Assembly: GCF_006345805.1 (NCBI RefSeq)
Contig: NW_021835164.1
Location: 1 to 51,412, forward strand
DNA from: Octopus sinensis
Taxonomy: Eukaryota
Reading direction: 5' to 3'
DNA length: 51,412 bases
The notes under the pieces were generated by a model. That model was given only the letters and a program-made list of their open reading frames with translations, had not been told where the DNA came from and ran no database searches. The first letter of the stretch is position 1. The number at the start of each line of letters is the position of its first letter. This document shows, piece by piece, positions 11,426-23,602 of this stretch. The position numbers and the translations under genes are program-made.

Positions 11426-11778
11426 TTATATATATGCAGATGTTACTGGCCGGATTAGAACCACGTAAATATATTAATAAGAAACCCAAGAAAGTTCATC
11501 GGTATTTTAAAGATTTATAAATAGTGTACGCGTTTTCCTCAAGCCGCTTATGATATTGCGCAAAGTGATGAGGATTTTGGCGAAGATCGAAATGCAAAAT
11601 CTGCTGTGATCAGCTCAGTATCTGATATAGTTTCCTATTCGCGGTCATCAATGAAAAACTGATTATTAGAACATGGCGAAATGTGAGGGGATTGCTCCAG
11701 CTTGGTTACAGGTTGGCCAGGAGTTGAAGTAATTCCAGATATCAGTGTGTGAATGCGTGCGTGTAGATATATATGTGT

Positions 11779-11829
<51 letters not shown>

Positions 11830-11994
11830 AACAAGTAAAAAATAGAAAATGCTAAAATAATTTTATAGTGAACATTTCAGTACACGTGCATACATACGTA
11901 TGCATACACATATACACACACATGCGACAGACTGGAAACTCAGATGATGAAACAGCCAGTCATTGGGATATATTGAACTTCTCCATTTCCTGAA

Positions 11995-12004
11995 ATATCT
12001 ATCC

Positions 12005-12090
<86 letters not shown>
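11995..12090. repeat. (TATC)n microsatellite
   Basis: Direct; similar tracts at 3710-3765, 13670-13760, 27400-27485 and 40175-40260. Confidence 0.95.
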
Positions 12091-12345
12091 TTATTTGTCT
12101 GTCTGGCTGTATCCGTCTGTCTATTCATTATCTATCTATCTATCACAGCTTCCTCCACTAATGCAACCACAAATACATACATCATCATCATTGAAAACAC
12201 CATTCCATCAGAAGAAAAACCTGTACCTGCATAGTCCTTTATTTTCACTAACATCATTCGCTATCCTCGACTCAATACTACGATGAGGACCACCAGCACC
12301 GCCAGCACGAGCACCACCAGCACGAGCACCAAAGGCACCACCACC

Positions 12346-12397
<52 letters not shown>

Positions 12398-13043
12398 GGT
12401 AACGAGGCTGTAATTTCCACTTCCCTTACCCTCCTACCGTCGAAGTATGTCTATTCAATTTAATATTTTGAAGTGAGTCTAGAACCAATGAAGCGTGACA
12501 GAGCAATTGTGTCTTCACAAATATCTCGAGTTTAGTTGACCTAGGACAAAGAATTGACTGGGTAAGACGAAGATGAAGAAAGACACAGAAACTGAGATAA
12601 AGACAGAATGGAAAATGAGAGAGAAAGAGTAAGACAGATGAGAGAGAGAGAGAGGGAGAGAGAGAGATGGGGGAGAATACGCATTTGATTTCAATAAAAA
12701 CGGTAAAAGACCGGAGGTCAAACTATGATTGTCTAAGAGAATAATAATATGAGGGAGAGAGAAAGAGAGAGACGTGGAGTATGAGAAAATGAGTAACGAG
12801 ACCGAGAGAGAGACGGAGAGAGGGGGAGAAAAGATACTAAACCTCACCGATTACGTCAATGAATGAAAGCGGTGGAGCGTAAAATCATTGGTGTATAATA
12901 ATTAAACTATTTGTACATCGAACACAAAACATAAGAGAGAGAGAGGTCGAAATATGCCGCCTCCTCTCTCCTCGCAATACACCGAGAGACACCGTACACA
13001 ATTGTTTCTAGAAAGAGCAGTTGTATCTCACTTGTGTAGTAGT

Positions 13044-13075
<32 letters not shown>

Positions 13076-13229
13076 ATGGTGGTGGTGGTGGTGGTGGTGG
13101 TGGTGGTGGTGAAGCAATAAAATTCTTGTGCAGAAGGAAACAGATGACTAGCGCTGCGGGAGAAGCTTCTACTAGTGATTATTATTATTATTAGCCACCA
13201 TCACAATCACCAATACCACCACCACCACC

Positions 13230-13274
<45 letters not shown>

Positions 13275-13673
13275 GTCGTCATTATAATTGCTGTTGCTGT
13301 CGATAATGCTTTGATTTTTTTTATTATTATCACACCTTATTGACTGAATTTTGTTCTTAAATTAGTTTTTTGTATCATATTTATTTATTTATTTATGTGT
13401 TCATTTATTTACCTTCGTTAGTTGGACGAGTAACATCGTAAACACTTTGCATTTGGTTTTAATAATTATTAGATTTTATTTATATAATGCATATGTTTCA
13501 GTGCATGTATCGAATATATATATGTGCGTGTGTATGTATGTGTGTATATATATGTACACGTACGCATGTATACATATGTGTGTGTGTGTGTGTGTGTGCC
13601 TGTGTGCGTGTGCACATACCTATATATACGCACACACACACATACATATATATATATACAGAGAGAGAGATAC

Positions 13674-13760
<87 letters not shown>

Positions 13761-14232
13761 CTTGCATAACTATCTATACTGTAACGTTTATATATTTGTT
13801 TTGCAAGATTTTTGATGTGAAATCGTGTGCTGAAACAGATATTGTTGTATTTAGGAATGGTCATTTTGCCAGTTTAGCCAATAAAAACACACGCACTATA
13901 TATTTGGTGTTACTTTGCTTCAGCGTTATTTATTTTTTACATTAATCGTAATCTTATTTCGGTCAGAGTTCTTTCGTCACTCTCCTGTGACCGCATCAGT
14001 GGTCCTTTGCTTTCTTCTTTCTTATTTGTGTGTCGCTCCTACTAACGGTCAGCCATTTTGCATTTTGTATTCCTATTGTATGTGTCTTTATTTGCGCATG
14101 CGTATACCTCTATGTGCGTCTATGTTTAGTTAGTGTGTGGGGGGAAATGCCTGTAATATTTGTATCTCCTGTTTATATACGTTCGTGTAATTTGTTTTTG
14201 TTCTTGTAGTAGTAGTAGAGATACACGCATTA

Positions 14233-14283
<51 letters not shown>

Positions 14284-14462
14284 AGGCGGCGAGCTGGCAG
14301 AATCGTTAGCACGCCGGGCGAAATGCTTAGCGGTATTTCGTCTGTCTTTATGTTCTGAGTTCAAATTCCGCCGAGGTCGACTTTGCCTTTCATCCTTTCG
14401 GGGTCGACAAAATAAGTACCAGTCATGTACTGGGGTCGATGTAAGCCACTGATCCCCCGCCT
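14284..14462 (+). mobile_element. tRNA-derived SINE with Deu/Nin-like central core
   Basis: GGCGGCGAGCTGGCAGAATCGTTAG head, GAGTTCAAATTCC B box, core GCCTTTCATCCTTTCGGGGTCGA..AAGTACCAG; same family at 48178-48575(-). Confidence 0.8.
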
Positions 14463-15754
14463 TCCTAACTTCAAGCCGTCTATCTATAGTAGAAAGGATT
14501 ATGATCATTAGTGTTAATAACTTTATTGTTGTTGCTGATGCTGTAATTTGCCTTGAGGCAGTGGATTATCGGACTCAGTTGTCGTCGGACGCCGTCTTTT
14601 GCATTAGTCAACTACGTCTTTTACGTTTTCAGCTCGAATCACCTTTCATCTCCCGAGGATAAAGAATACAACAAGCGCCAGTCAAGTACTGAAGTTGACA
14701 TAATTAATTCCATGTCCTCTTCCAAACTGTCTGACTTTTTGTGCCTATGTTAAAGGTCTTTATTGAAGCATCTATGGAAATATATTATACGATGTTTGAG
14801 TGTGGGATTCCTATCTTAAAGGTTAATAAAGATTTAAGCACAAAAACGGGAGATTGTTCAGTTCTGTTATCGCAACGTTAACAGTGCTACGGGCACAATA
14901 CAAGATTCTATGCAAAACTTACGCCTTCAAAATAATCCGTTCAGTTTAAATGCGATAATTCTTTTGATTAAATATTTAGAATGAAACTAAAAGTCTTCCC
15001 TAACAGTCTTTGAAATACGCGACCTTCACTTGAAGATGAGAGGATATCTGTTGTCAAGGAATCATTTGAAAGGCTACGGAGTGACCTGGCAAGATTTGCT
15101 TTGCGAGACGTTTTGTTTGTTGTAGACTGTACACAATAAAATAAAACAAACGCAAACAAAAGAATTTCTGTATAAATAAATAAATAAATAAATCAGTAGA
15201 AGAACCGAAGGAAAGAATTGTGGAGACATAACATAGACCGATTCGCATTTCCATGGTACTAGGTTCAATTTCTCTATGCGCCACTTTGACCAAATCTTCT
15301 AATCTACATAGCCTCGAATCATCTAAGACTTGTGAATTAAACTTGCGCATATATGCATGCATGTATACATATATATATATAAACATACGTGTATTTACAA
15401 ACACTCACACACACTTATATGTGTGTATGTATATATGTATGTATGTATGTATGTATGCATATATGTATGTATATATATATATATATATACATATGAAATT
15501 AATATAGAGAGTCGTGTGCAATCTGTTACCAGAAAGGAAAACTATAATTGTCACTAAATACGACAGTATAAGTGTTCTAACACCCTAGTAATATATACAT
15601 AACATAAATACACACACACACACACACATATCTATATATATATATATATATTATATATATATATATTATATATATAATAATAAATATAGGGAATAAATCC
15701 AAATTTACAGGGAAAAAATCAGATTAGGATTAAATCGATTTTATAGTAAAATAT

Positions 15755-16026
15755 TATAAAATATTATTCGAGACAAAACCACTATTTTGCAAACAAACAA
15801 GGAAAGACTTAATCAATACATAAAATTTAATAAATAGTCAAAAAAACCGCCACTACAATCGTTTCTTGTCTTGATCGACAATCTTCAGGTGGACTTCCAA
15901 TAATTCAGTGTCAAGACAAGAAACGATTGTAGTGGCGTTGCGGTTTTTTTTGACTATTTATTAAAATTTATGTATTGATTAAGTCTTTCCTTGTTGTTTT
16001 GCAAAATAGTGGTTTTGTCTCGAATA

Positions 16027-16036
<10 letters not shown>
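15755..16036. mobile_element. Palindromic PLE pLTR-like repeat (family B): ~120-bp inverted arms with 36-bp spacer
   Basis: Arms 15755-15874 and 15911-16036 are near-perfect reverse complements. Confidence 0.85.
15849..15893 (-). ncRNA. Type I hammerhead ribozyme motif
   Basis: Reverse complement CCAC-CTGAAGA-TTGTC(GATCAA)GACAA-GAAA-C(GATT)G-TA-GTGG; intact core, three stems, GUA triplet. Confidence 0.75.
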
Positions 16037-16063
<27 letters not shown>

Positions 16064-16088
16064 GTTTAAATATGACCATCCGAAATAT

Positions 16089-16120
<32 letters not shown>

Positions 16121-16903
16121 CAATGATAAATATCAGAGTGAGTTATATACAGTAGTGGTAACACATCGTGATGTATTTTGCCATCTCAATATGGCTACCC
16201 CGAAGGGTGGATGCTACTGTAGTTTTTAGCCCCAGGAGGACACATCCTCCAGCTGGCCATAGACACACTTTCTGTGTCCTGTCAGTATTTGCAAAGGGAA
16301 GTCATCCTTCCGTCTTCAATTATGATACACACGGACTCGAGTTTCGAGGTATTGACCTCTCGTCGCGTGTGACAATCATAGTTGTCGGCGAGAATTAGAT
16401 TTCCTTCACAAATACTTATACTTTTTCCAGCGTCCACTGTCGCTGATATTGAAAAAGTGAAATCAAACAATGATAAATATCAGAGTGAGTTATATACAGT
16501 AGCGGGGTAACACATCGTGACGTATATTTGCCATCTCAATATGGCTACCCCGAGGGTGGATGCTACTGTAGTTTTTAGCCCCAGGAGGACACACTCCTCC
16601 AGTGGCCATAGACACACTTTCTGTGTCCTGTCAGTATTTGCAAAGGGAAGTCATCCTTCCCGTCTTCAACTTATGATACACACGGACTCATTGTTTGATT
16701 TCACTTTGATTTCAATACCTCGAAACTCGAGTCCGTTGTGTATCATAAGTTGAAGACGGGAAGGATGACTTCCCTTTGCAAATACTGACAGGACACAGAA
16801 AGTGTGGTCTATGGCCAGCTGGAGGAGTGTGTCCTCCTGGGGCTAAACTACAGTAGCATCAACCCTTCGGGGTAGCCATATTGAGATGGCAAATATACGT
16901 CAC
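16121..16903. mobile_element. Retrozyme/PLE pLTR-like array (family C): two tandem units plus an inverted partial unit
   Basis: Unit A 16121-16467, unit B 16468-16689 (near-identical to the left part of A), inverted unit 16690-16903; no credible ORF; flanked by (TA)n. Confidence 0.8.
16328..16371 (-). ncRNA. Type I hammerhead ribozyme motif lacking U4
   Basis: Reverse complement CACACG-C[T]GACGA-GAGG(TCAATA)CCTC-GAAA-CTCGAG-TC-CGTGTG; 6-bp stem I, 4-bp stem II, palindromic stem III, GUC triplet. Confidence 0.75.
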
Positions 16904-16944
16904 TATATATATATATATATAATTATATATATATATATATATAT

Positions 16945-18682
16945 AAACTAGCCATTGATGAGATTGACACAAAACTCAGCTGCTGGACCTGATGGATTCC
17001 CAGCGATCCTTCTCAAATCGTGCAAACGAGCCCTTGCAAACCCTACAGCTTCTTTTCAGAGCTTTCTTGCAAGGGTAGCTCCCAGTCAAACTGAAAGAGG
17101 GGGTGTATAACTAAAATGCCATAAAATGTAAAAGTAGCATAGCAGATATATTAAAATATCAAACTTATAGCTCCTGGGTAATCACATGCCCTATCCATAA
17201 GGGAGGTAGCAGAGCAGATGCTAAATTTATGGCCTATCTCTCTGACTCACACATCAGAAAGTCATGGAATAGTCCGTAAGAAACTAATCATGTTCCTTGA
17301 AGAAAATGACTTACTGTCTGACACCCAGCATGGATTTCGACCAGGCAGAGGCTGCCTAACACAGCTCCTGCAACACTATGACTGGGTGTTGAAACAGCTA
17401 CTAAATGGCTCAAATGGGATGTAATATATCTTGACTTTGCAAAAGCCTTTGATAAAGTCGACCATGGTATGATCTGTCACAAACTGCGTGGTCTCGGCAT
17501 AGGCGGGAAACTTGGAGAGTGGCTGCACACTTCCTAAAAGACAGAAAACAGGCAGTTGTGAGCAATGGAGCCACCTCCAGGGAAACGCAAATAACAAGCG
17601 GTGTCCCACAGGGCACTGTCTTGGGGCCACTGATGTTCATAGTGCCCTTTCAGACATGCCTTCAACTGCTGCTACGATGACCACCCTTGCTAGCTATGCA
17701 GATGACACAAAAGTCTCCCACGCAATACAAAACCCTGAAAATATTGCGCATCTGCAACATGAGCTGGACACAATATACAGGTGGGCTGAGGCACAACATG
17801 CAGTTTAATGCAGGTAAGTTCCAGGCCCTGCGCTACCTGGCACACAAAGGTAAATGATGTGAAGACTGGATACACTGGCCCAGGAAGAATTGCAATCCTG
17901 AGTCAAAATCAGTGCGTGACCTGGCATTGACATGAGCAATGATGCATCTTCCAAATGCATATTGCTAATCTGGTGATAAAATGCAGACGGCTAGCTGGAT
18001 GGATTCTCCGAACTTTCAGAACAAGAGAGAAGGAGACACTGATGGTCCTATGGAAAACATTTGTCCTCAGCCGCTTGGACTACTGCTCCCAACTTTGGTC
18101 ACCACACAATATAAAACAAACAGCAGAACTCGAAGCAACTCAGAGAAGCTACCAAAGAAAATCGTCTCAATGCAAAATGTCAGCTACTGGGAAGACTGAA
18201 GGTATTAAACCTCTTCTCCCTGGAGCGGAGGCGGGAGAGATATGCAGTGATATACATCTGGAAAATCCTGGAGGGTCTTTGTCCCAACTTTGGCATTCAA
18301 AGTTACTCCAACCGCAGAACGGGGCGCCGCTGCGTGGTGCCAAGGATTCCAACAACATCCACCATCAAATACAGGTCCAGATACTGCAACAGCTTGGGTT
18401 TCAGAGGACCACAGCTCTTTAACATCCTCCCTAATGCCTGAGAGACTTACATGGTGTGGATGTGGGTTTCTTTAAAACTAAACTGGAACTTCTCTTCTTG
18501 TTGGGAGTCCCAGATGAACCTACCTCACGACAGGAGACACGGATGCGGGCAGCAGCATCGACTCCCTTGTTGATCAAGTGCCACATTCAGAGGTGGATTC
18601 ACAAACTAGTGTAGCTCATTCAGCGGTGGTGCCCCAGCATGGCCGCGGCCTTCGGGCTAAAACATTTTTAAGGATTTAAGGT
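16945..18682 (+). mobile_element. 5'-truncated CR1/L2-group LINE (RT domain to 3' tail), multiply frameshifted
   Basis: SAAGPDGF, QHGFRPGR, LDFAKAFDKVDH, SGVPQGTVLGP, YADDTK, SRLDYCSQLWSP motifs; tail GGTGCCCCAGCATGGCCGC; (TA)n on both flanks. Confidence 0.92.
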
Positions 18683-18706
18683 TTATATATATATATATAT
18701 ATATAT

Positions 18707-19039
18707 GAAGGCGCATGGCTCAGTGGTTAGAGCGTCGAGCTTTACGATCGTGAGGTTGTGAGTCGAATCCCGGACCGGGCTGCGTGTTGTGTTCTTGAGC
18801 AAGGCACTTTATTTCACGTTGCTCCAGTTCACTCAGCTGTAGAAATGAGTTGCGACGTCACTGGTGCCAAGCTGTATCGACCTTTGTCTTTCCCTTGGAT
18901 AACACTGGTGTCGTGGAGAGGGGAGGCCGTATGCATGGGCGACTGCTGGTCTTCCATAAACAACCTTGCCCAGACTTGTGTCTAGGAGGGTAACTTTCTA
19001 GGTGCAATCCCATGGTCATTCATGACCGAAGGGGGTCTT

Positions 19040-19044
<5 letters not shown>
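18707..19044 (+). mobile_element. tRNA-derived SINE (head A, core, tail X)
   Basis: A box TGGCTCAGTGG, B-box-like GTCGAATCCC; 3' half nearly identical to 27908-28103. Confidence 0.85.
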
Positions 19045-19104
<60 letters not shown>

Positions 19105-19133
19105 TATTTATGTATATGTATATATATCTGTGT

Positions 19134-19172
<39 letters not shown>

Positions 19173-19859
19173 TGTGTGTGTGTGTGTAAGCATAAGAACA
19201 AAATATCATTCATGGAATTTGAAAGAAATATTTTGAAACGAAGTAACAAATTTTAGAACAGCGAAAGAACTCAGACAAATAAATTAAAATACCAATGTTT
19301 AAGATAATGCACACTGTAACAACTGAAACAGTGAAGAAGCGGTAACCATAAGGGGGGGGGGTATTTATCAATTTGGTCAGCGAACCTCACTGTGTAGCAG
19401 CTGACCGCATGTTGGGTTCAGAATTTATTGAGGAGAGTAACGTCTTGAAAGAAATAGAACAAAGAAATGGGCTACCATCTTTAAAATTTGTAGAATGAAC
19501 AGCAAATAAATCCAACACCACCACACACACCTCCGTCCTCATATTACTACCATTTCTTCCTCTATGCCCAACACCTACCTCCCCCTGCTAAGTATATACA
19601 GAAATACCCACAGAGCAAGATTGGCCTTCATACTGGCAACAAGGAATAAACATCCTTCTGTGATTCATCCAATAATACAGTATCGCCTGATGAACCGATG
19701 ATGATGATCAACCGGATGAACACGGATAATACGGACTATACTGTACTAATCACAAAGATACGGACTCTGATGTTAAAGTCATGTGATTTGTGGAAACGCG
19801 CGTAGCGATATATTAAATATCTATAAATTCCACTCTAGAATTATTAAAATGATATACTT

Positions 19860-20300
19860 ATGGTGGTTGTTTCCTCCTTATCCAGAGTTTGACCACTTCC
19901 TGTACCTAGACCTTAGCACCATCTGATGTGGATTTTAAAACCAGACAATGTTCTGAAAAGACACTCACATAGATTGCAAATCCGATTTGGACCACCAAGA
20001 GCTGCAGATGAGTTCTGATCTTTGTGGATCTTAAAATGTCTTTTGAGGCCTCCGTTAGATTTGCAAACCTTCTGGCATACAAAAGGGTGTACAGACACAT
20101 AGGCAGAATAGTTGGTGCAAGTCCGTTTTCCATGGGTTCGCAAATAAGATTTGAGCCCAGTAAAAGAAAGGTATGGTCTGTCACAAACTGTACGCCCAAA
20201 AAGGTAATTGTCATTCACATTCTCGATCGTAATGTTCTTCCTTAAATCTCTTTTGAATCTTGCATGCTTTATCTTGGCTTCTTCAAACGCTTTCATTTCC
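19860..20300 (-). mobile_element. RTE-type LINE 3' end with degenerate C2H2-like fingers
   Basis: ..AFEEAKIKHARFKR..VCDRPYLSFTGLKSYLRTH..CQKVCKSNGGLKRHFKIH..CNLCECLFRTLSGFKIH; same architecture as 48600-49125. Confidence 0.65.
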
Positions 20301-20310
20301 CTTCTATATC

Positions 20311-20342
<32 letters not shown>

Positions 20343-20352
20343 ATATAGAGAG

Positions 20353-20383
<31 letters not shown>

Positions 20384-20403
20384 TAGATAGATAGATATAG
20401 ATA

Positions 20404-20450
<47 letters not shown>

Positions 20451-20499
20451 TAGATATAGATATAGATATATATATAGAGAGAGAGGGAAAGAGAAAGAG

Positions 20500-20645
20500 A
20501 GAAAACAAAAGACGAAAATAAAAGTGTAGGAACAACAAGCAGGTGTATTAGTTTAACGTTCGGCAAGAATGGAAATGTCTTTTACATTTCGAGCATATGC
20601 TCTTTGACAGAAAGAATTAAGAAGGAAAAAAAGGATAGAGAATGA
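20500..20645 (-). mobile_element. PLE pLTR-like repeat, family A
   Basis: Reverse complement CTGTCAAAGAGCATATGCTCGAAATGTAAAAGAC..AACGTTAAACTAATAC. Confidence 0.6.
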
Positions 20646-20739
20646 ATAAACGGAGAGACAAAAATTTGCAGAGTTCCATAGAGTTCAACATGGTGAGATG
20701 GTTGGAAAAAAAGAGGCTGAATGTGAGGGAGATACAATG

Positions 20740-20819
<80 letters not shown>

Positions 20820-21540
20820 AATAATAATAACAAAAATAATAGCAATAATAATAATAATAACGGTAATGGTGACCCCAACAAACTAAGGTGCACAAGTACA
20901 TGTGTGAGAATGGTGTACGTGAATGTGTATGTGTGAATGGGGGCGAGTGTGTGTGCGCGCGTATGGACATGTGCATATGTGTGAGTGTGTGTATGAACTA
21001 TGTAAATGTGTGAGGCTAACGTGTGTGTGTGCGGGTGTTATGCGTAGCAGTTGATGTGTGCACGTGTATATGTGTGTGTGACCAAATGGTGTGCATGGGT
21101 ATAGTGTATGTTTGTCTGCAAAAGTTATCTGAGCCTATACGTGTTGCGTATGTGCATGTATTGTCTGGGTTCAGGTATTATGCGCTTGTGTGGGTGTGAG
21201 AGTATGCATGATGGTGTGTCGTGTGTGTACTGAGTTAAACAGTGTGTGTGGCTGCTCGTATAGGGGTATGTGTGGTGACGCTATTGAAGATTGTGTGGGG
21301 GTGTGTGGATAATGGTGTGTGGTGTGGTACTGAGATGTTTTCGGTGCTAGTGTATGTGGAGTGGGAAGGTGTCTGTGTGTGTGTGAGAAGTGAGTAATGA
21401 GTTGAACAGTGCATATAGGTGTTTGTATAGATGTGTGTGTGTGGTGAGGGTATCGAGATAGGCGGAATGCAGATGTGTAGGTGGAGGGGAAGCAGTTGAA
21501 TATGGGAGTTATGAGGGAACCCATGTAGGATTGGTGTCAG

Positions 21541-22196
21541 ATGAAGAGAGGTAGTGGGTTGATCCCATATAGTGCAATGGAACGAAGAGAGAAGATTATT
21601 TCTTCTTCACGGTGAAGGCGGAAGTCTGGGTGTCTCCTGTGCAGAGACAGTCCGAATACAGAGATGTAGCGTATGGCCGGTAGAGCGGAAGTTGGTGACA
21701 GACCGGGGTGTTATTGCCGAGTCTAATATATCGTAGATGCTCCGCAAACCGGTCAGCCAAGTAGCGTCCAATTTAACCAATGTATAGGGAAGGATAGAGA
21801 GCAGGAGATGCAGTAACATTATTGGAGGTGCAGGTAAAGGAATCGATGACACGATTGGGATGGTGATGGGTACCAGTGAGGATGGTGGTGTTGGAGAAGT
21901 AGGGGCAGGTGCGACAGCGTAGGCGAGAGCAGGGGAAGGAGTCAGCCTGAGAGGCAGAAGTAGGGAAGAAACTGGGCCAGGAGGCCAAGCAGATTATGGA
22001 CTCATTTGAAGGAAGGAAGTGGTAGGTTAGGGAAGATGTACGAGATGGAGGGATCGGACTGGAGTCGCCGGATGGCTCGGAGAATGGTGGGTTGGACGGG
22101 TAGGGTTAAAGGGAAACAGGAGACGGGTAAGGGTGGGGCGATTACGAGGAGAAAGAGCAGAGGCACAGTCCACAGATCGTTCCCGGACAAGGGCAT
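21541..22196 (-). mobile_element. Penelope-like element remnant (Cys-rich linker plus GIY-YIG endonuclease), Neptune-like
   Basis: ILRAIRRLQSDP..IFP..PCSRLRCRTCP..FTCTSNNV..LYIG..RFAEHLR..GIN in shifted frames. Confidence 0.8.
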
Positions 22197-22334
22197 ATAT
22201 ATATTGTTATGGCGAGAGGCATTGACATCCCTGTGGAATTAGAAGAATGGACTAGCCGAACTCTTGTAAATATTAGCATATTGGTTGAGACGACAGAAGT
22301 CGTAGGAAGTCGTTATCCAACATATAGAAGAATT

Positions 22335-22494
22335 TGTGGTGAGTAGCTTACTTACCAACTGCATGGTTCCAGGTTCAATCCCGTTCCGCGGCACCTTGGG
22401 CAAGTGTCTTCTACCTTAACTTCGGACCGACCAAAGCCTTGTGAGTTGATTTGGTAGACAGAAACTGAAAGAAGCCAGTCGTATACATACATAT

Positions 22495-22525
<31 letters not shown>

Positions 22526-23214
22526 ATATATATAATATATATATATATATATATGTATGCATGCATGTATGTATGTATTTATGTATGTATGTATGTATGT
22601 ATGTATGTATGTATGTATGTATGTATGTATTATACAGAATGAGATAACAATGCCCAAGGCTGTGAGGAGTTTTCAGGATGTTTATAAGGTACAGCTGTTT
22701 CTTGGATATTATGGATATCCCTTCATAAGAGACGGTGTGAGAAAATATTTGAGTTCGAATTATTGTGGAAAAGGAGGAGATAAATATAGACGGAAATAAG
22801 AAAATGAAAGTAGAATGCAGTTTCCGTTCCATTATTCGAAGAAAGTGGTGTGTAGAATTGGTAAATAAGTTTCCTGTACAGGGTATGTACAATAGCAGTT
22901 CCAATAGCAGTTCATGTTTAGTTATTTCAAAGTGTGGGGCCGTGGAGTCAGTGTTGCTCGTTCGAAAGGGTTTTGTGGCATATATATATATATATATATG
23001 CGTGTGTGTGTGTGTGTGTCTGTGTTTGTAGCCCCACCATCGCATGACAACAGATGTTGGTGTGTTTACGTCACAGTAACTTAACGGTTCGGCAATTGAG
23101 ACCGATAGAATAAGTGCTAGGCTTACAAAGATTAAGTCTTGGTGTCGATTAATTCGACTAAATGCGGTGCTCCAGCATGGCCGCAGTCAAATGACTGAAA
23201 TAAATAAAAGAATA
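22335..23214 (+). mobile_element. tRNA-derived SINE with central microsatellite, interrupted by a PLE 3' fragment
   Basis: Head 22335-22475; 3' half 23020-23214 ending GCGGTGCTCCAGCATGGCCGCAGTCAAATGACTGAAA. Confidence 0.8.
22630..22975 (-). mobile_element. PLE 3'/pLTR fragment (family D) with degenerate hammerhead
   Basis: Reverse complement CTTATGA-AG-GGATAT(CCATA)ATATCC-AA-GAAA-CAGCTG-TA at 22688-22730; homologous to 31530-31900. Confidence 0.6.
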
Positions 23215-23220
23215 TCTATC

Positions 23221-23417
23221 TTTTCTTTTCTAGTTTCAGCCGTTAGACCACGGCCATGCTGGAGCGTAGCATGACGAATTTTGATGGAACGAGTCGACCC
23301 CAGTACTTATTCTTTAAAGCATGATACTTATCCTATCCGTCTCTAATGCCGAACCGTTAAGTTACGGGGACGTAAACACGCCAACACCGGTTGTCAAGCG
23401 ATGCAGGAGACAGACAA
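23221..23417 (-). mobile_element. SINE 3' half, tail-to-tail with the preceding copy
   Basis: Reverse complement is colinear with 23040-23214. Confidence 0.8.
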
Positions 23418-23499
23418 ATTGCACTCTCGTACACACACGCGCACCATTATGAACGTATGTATGTGTGTATATGTATGTATGTGTATATATATATTATGA

Positions 23500-23530
<31 letters not shown>

Positions 23531-23602
23531 GATTATATATTATATATATAATATATATATTATATATATATAATAATAATAATAATATAATAATAATATA
23601 AT

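Noticed and set aside
11566-11605. Hammerhead-like GTGATGAG-GATTTT(GGCG)AAGATC-GAAA
   Set aside because: C3 is missing and there is no stem III/UH cleavage triplet or stem I; may be chance or a very old relic. The same applies to 19686-19722.
12140-12403. His-rich coding exon ending at a CAG/GTAACG donor-like site
   Set aside because: In-frame TAA at 12249-12251 with no acceptor after it, and the His run is a (CAC/CAT)n microsatellite. At most a non-coding exon; unsupported without RNA data.
5403-12858. TTACGTCA CRE-like sites at about 5403 and 12851, and TAAT-rich island at 38220-38370
   Set aside because: Short motifs expected by chance in AT-rich DNA; no conservation data are available to support a regulatory call.
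16121-16903. CRISPR-like or prokaryotic repeat array
   Set aside because: Units are hundreds of bp long without unique spacers, no cas genes are present, and the context is eukaryotic.
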